DNA of 64,000 bases from Octopus bimaculoides. Taxonomy: Eukaryota. The translations under genes and the position numbers were made by a program. The notes under the pieces were generated by a model. It made no database searches. It saw only the letters and a list, made by a program, of their open reading frames with translations, and was not told where the DNA came from. Shown piece by piece: positions 63,001 to 64,000 of this stretch (positions within the stretch are counted from its first letter, which is position 1; every line of letters starts with the position of its first letter). The stretch is taken from assembly GCF_001194135.2 (NCBI RefSeq), contig NC_068983.1, positions 35,801,227 to 35,865,226 on the forward strand, written 5' to 3'.

Positions 63001-64000
63001 ACTTATGAAGTCTCTGTATGCTGTCTGGAGGCTAATGCCATTACATTATAAAACAATAAACAAATATCGAATAGATTTGATTATCTGATAAGATCAATTC
63101 TTATTGGTAATCTAATAATGTTCTTTAAATGCTCCAATTTTGAATCAATTTTATTCTCTTTAAAGCCTATTGTAAGTAAATCTCATACAAAAGTGAATTA
63201 GACGCCAAAATTCAATCAAATTGCTTTGAAGCCAGTCAATAATACATAATATCATTTTCATGTTTTTGCTAACGTAAAGCTAACATCAAATTTTTCTTAA
63301 AATACAAAGTTAATTTGAATCTTCACCTTTAATATCTTTTTACAGCAAAACCAGAACAAGAGGGGGAAAGAGAGAAATCAAGATAGGTTTAGCAGATATG
63401 TTTAGTGCTAATTTCAGAGACCCTTTCCAAATATATTTAACAACACCATCAAGAAAATACTACAACTTCCTTAAATGTACTATAAACCAATGATACTTTA
63501 GGACGATCCAACACCTGATTCACTTACTATATAGACTTAACCCTTTTGATACTAACCCATCTGAAACTGCCCCTGGTTATATGATACAAAGTTGTTGTTT
63601 AAAGGGATGTAAATTAAAATCTTTCATTAAAATGTTAACTTGCATTCCAAACACCAGGTTAATGAAGAGAACCATTTTACAAAATTCTTCAGAATTTTTA
63701 CAATTAACTAAAACAAAGGAATCATATTTCAATAGAAATATAGCAACAAAAGTATTAAAAGCATGCTATGACTCACAATACTGATTTAACAAATTGTGTC
63801 CTGACTCACAACACAGCCACAGCACAAAAGAAAAACCAGTGATGAAGTTGCTAAATTAGCATTTCTCAAACAGTTCACTGCAATGCTTTGAAGCATTGCA
63901 AAAAGTATTTAGGTGGGTCACAGATTTTTAAAAAAATGTAATTTAAGACTTCAGAAAATTTACACTAAAGCTTGAGCATCTTGAAAAACACAGTCATAAT

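Noticed and set aside
63879-63900. 10-bp perfect palindrome tgcaatgctt-tg-aagcattgca near two TGACTCA motifs
   Set aside because: Too short to separate from chance in 64 kb without functional data.

Overview
AT-rich, microsatellite-dense eukaryotic DNA with six N-gaps. The SINE, RTE-tail and MITE families look like octopus (coleoid cephalopod) repeats; that assignment is my recognition, not a database result. Most identifiable sequence is transposon-derived: a still-open, 5'-truncated Tx1/L1 ORF2 fragment, a DD37D (maT) deletion derivative, a full-length dead Tc1-like element with probable DD36E spacing, many RTE LINE 3' ends, several tRNA-derived or older SINE families, and piggyBac-, hAT-, pogo- and Helentron-like non-autonomous elements. 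I could not name a host gene. A few plus-strand candidate exons (41458-41554, 48614-48840, weaker ones at 12212, 15867 and 53425) are reported at low confidence. Almost all ORF-track entries are microsatellite, gap or chance ORFs. I found no convincing new multi-gene system. The best leads are structural: three long local foldbacks (37339-37479, 37708-37949, 58921-59029) plus abutting or nested inverted retroelements that could form dsRNA (possible ADAR or small-RNA substrates); a 35-bp copy of flanking DNA inside the Tc1 transposase; a Tx1 fragment joined to a (GATA)n array; and a CpG-retaining block at 52.6-53.8 kb that may mark a methylation or gene boundary.
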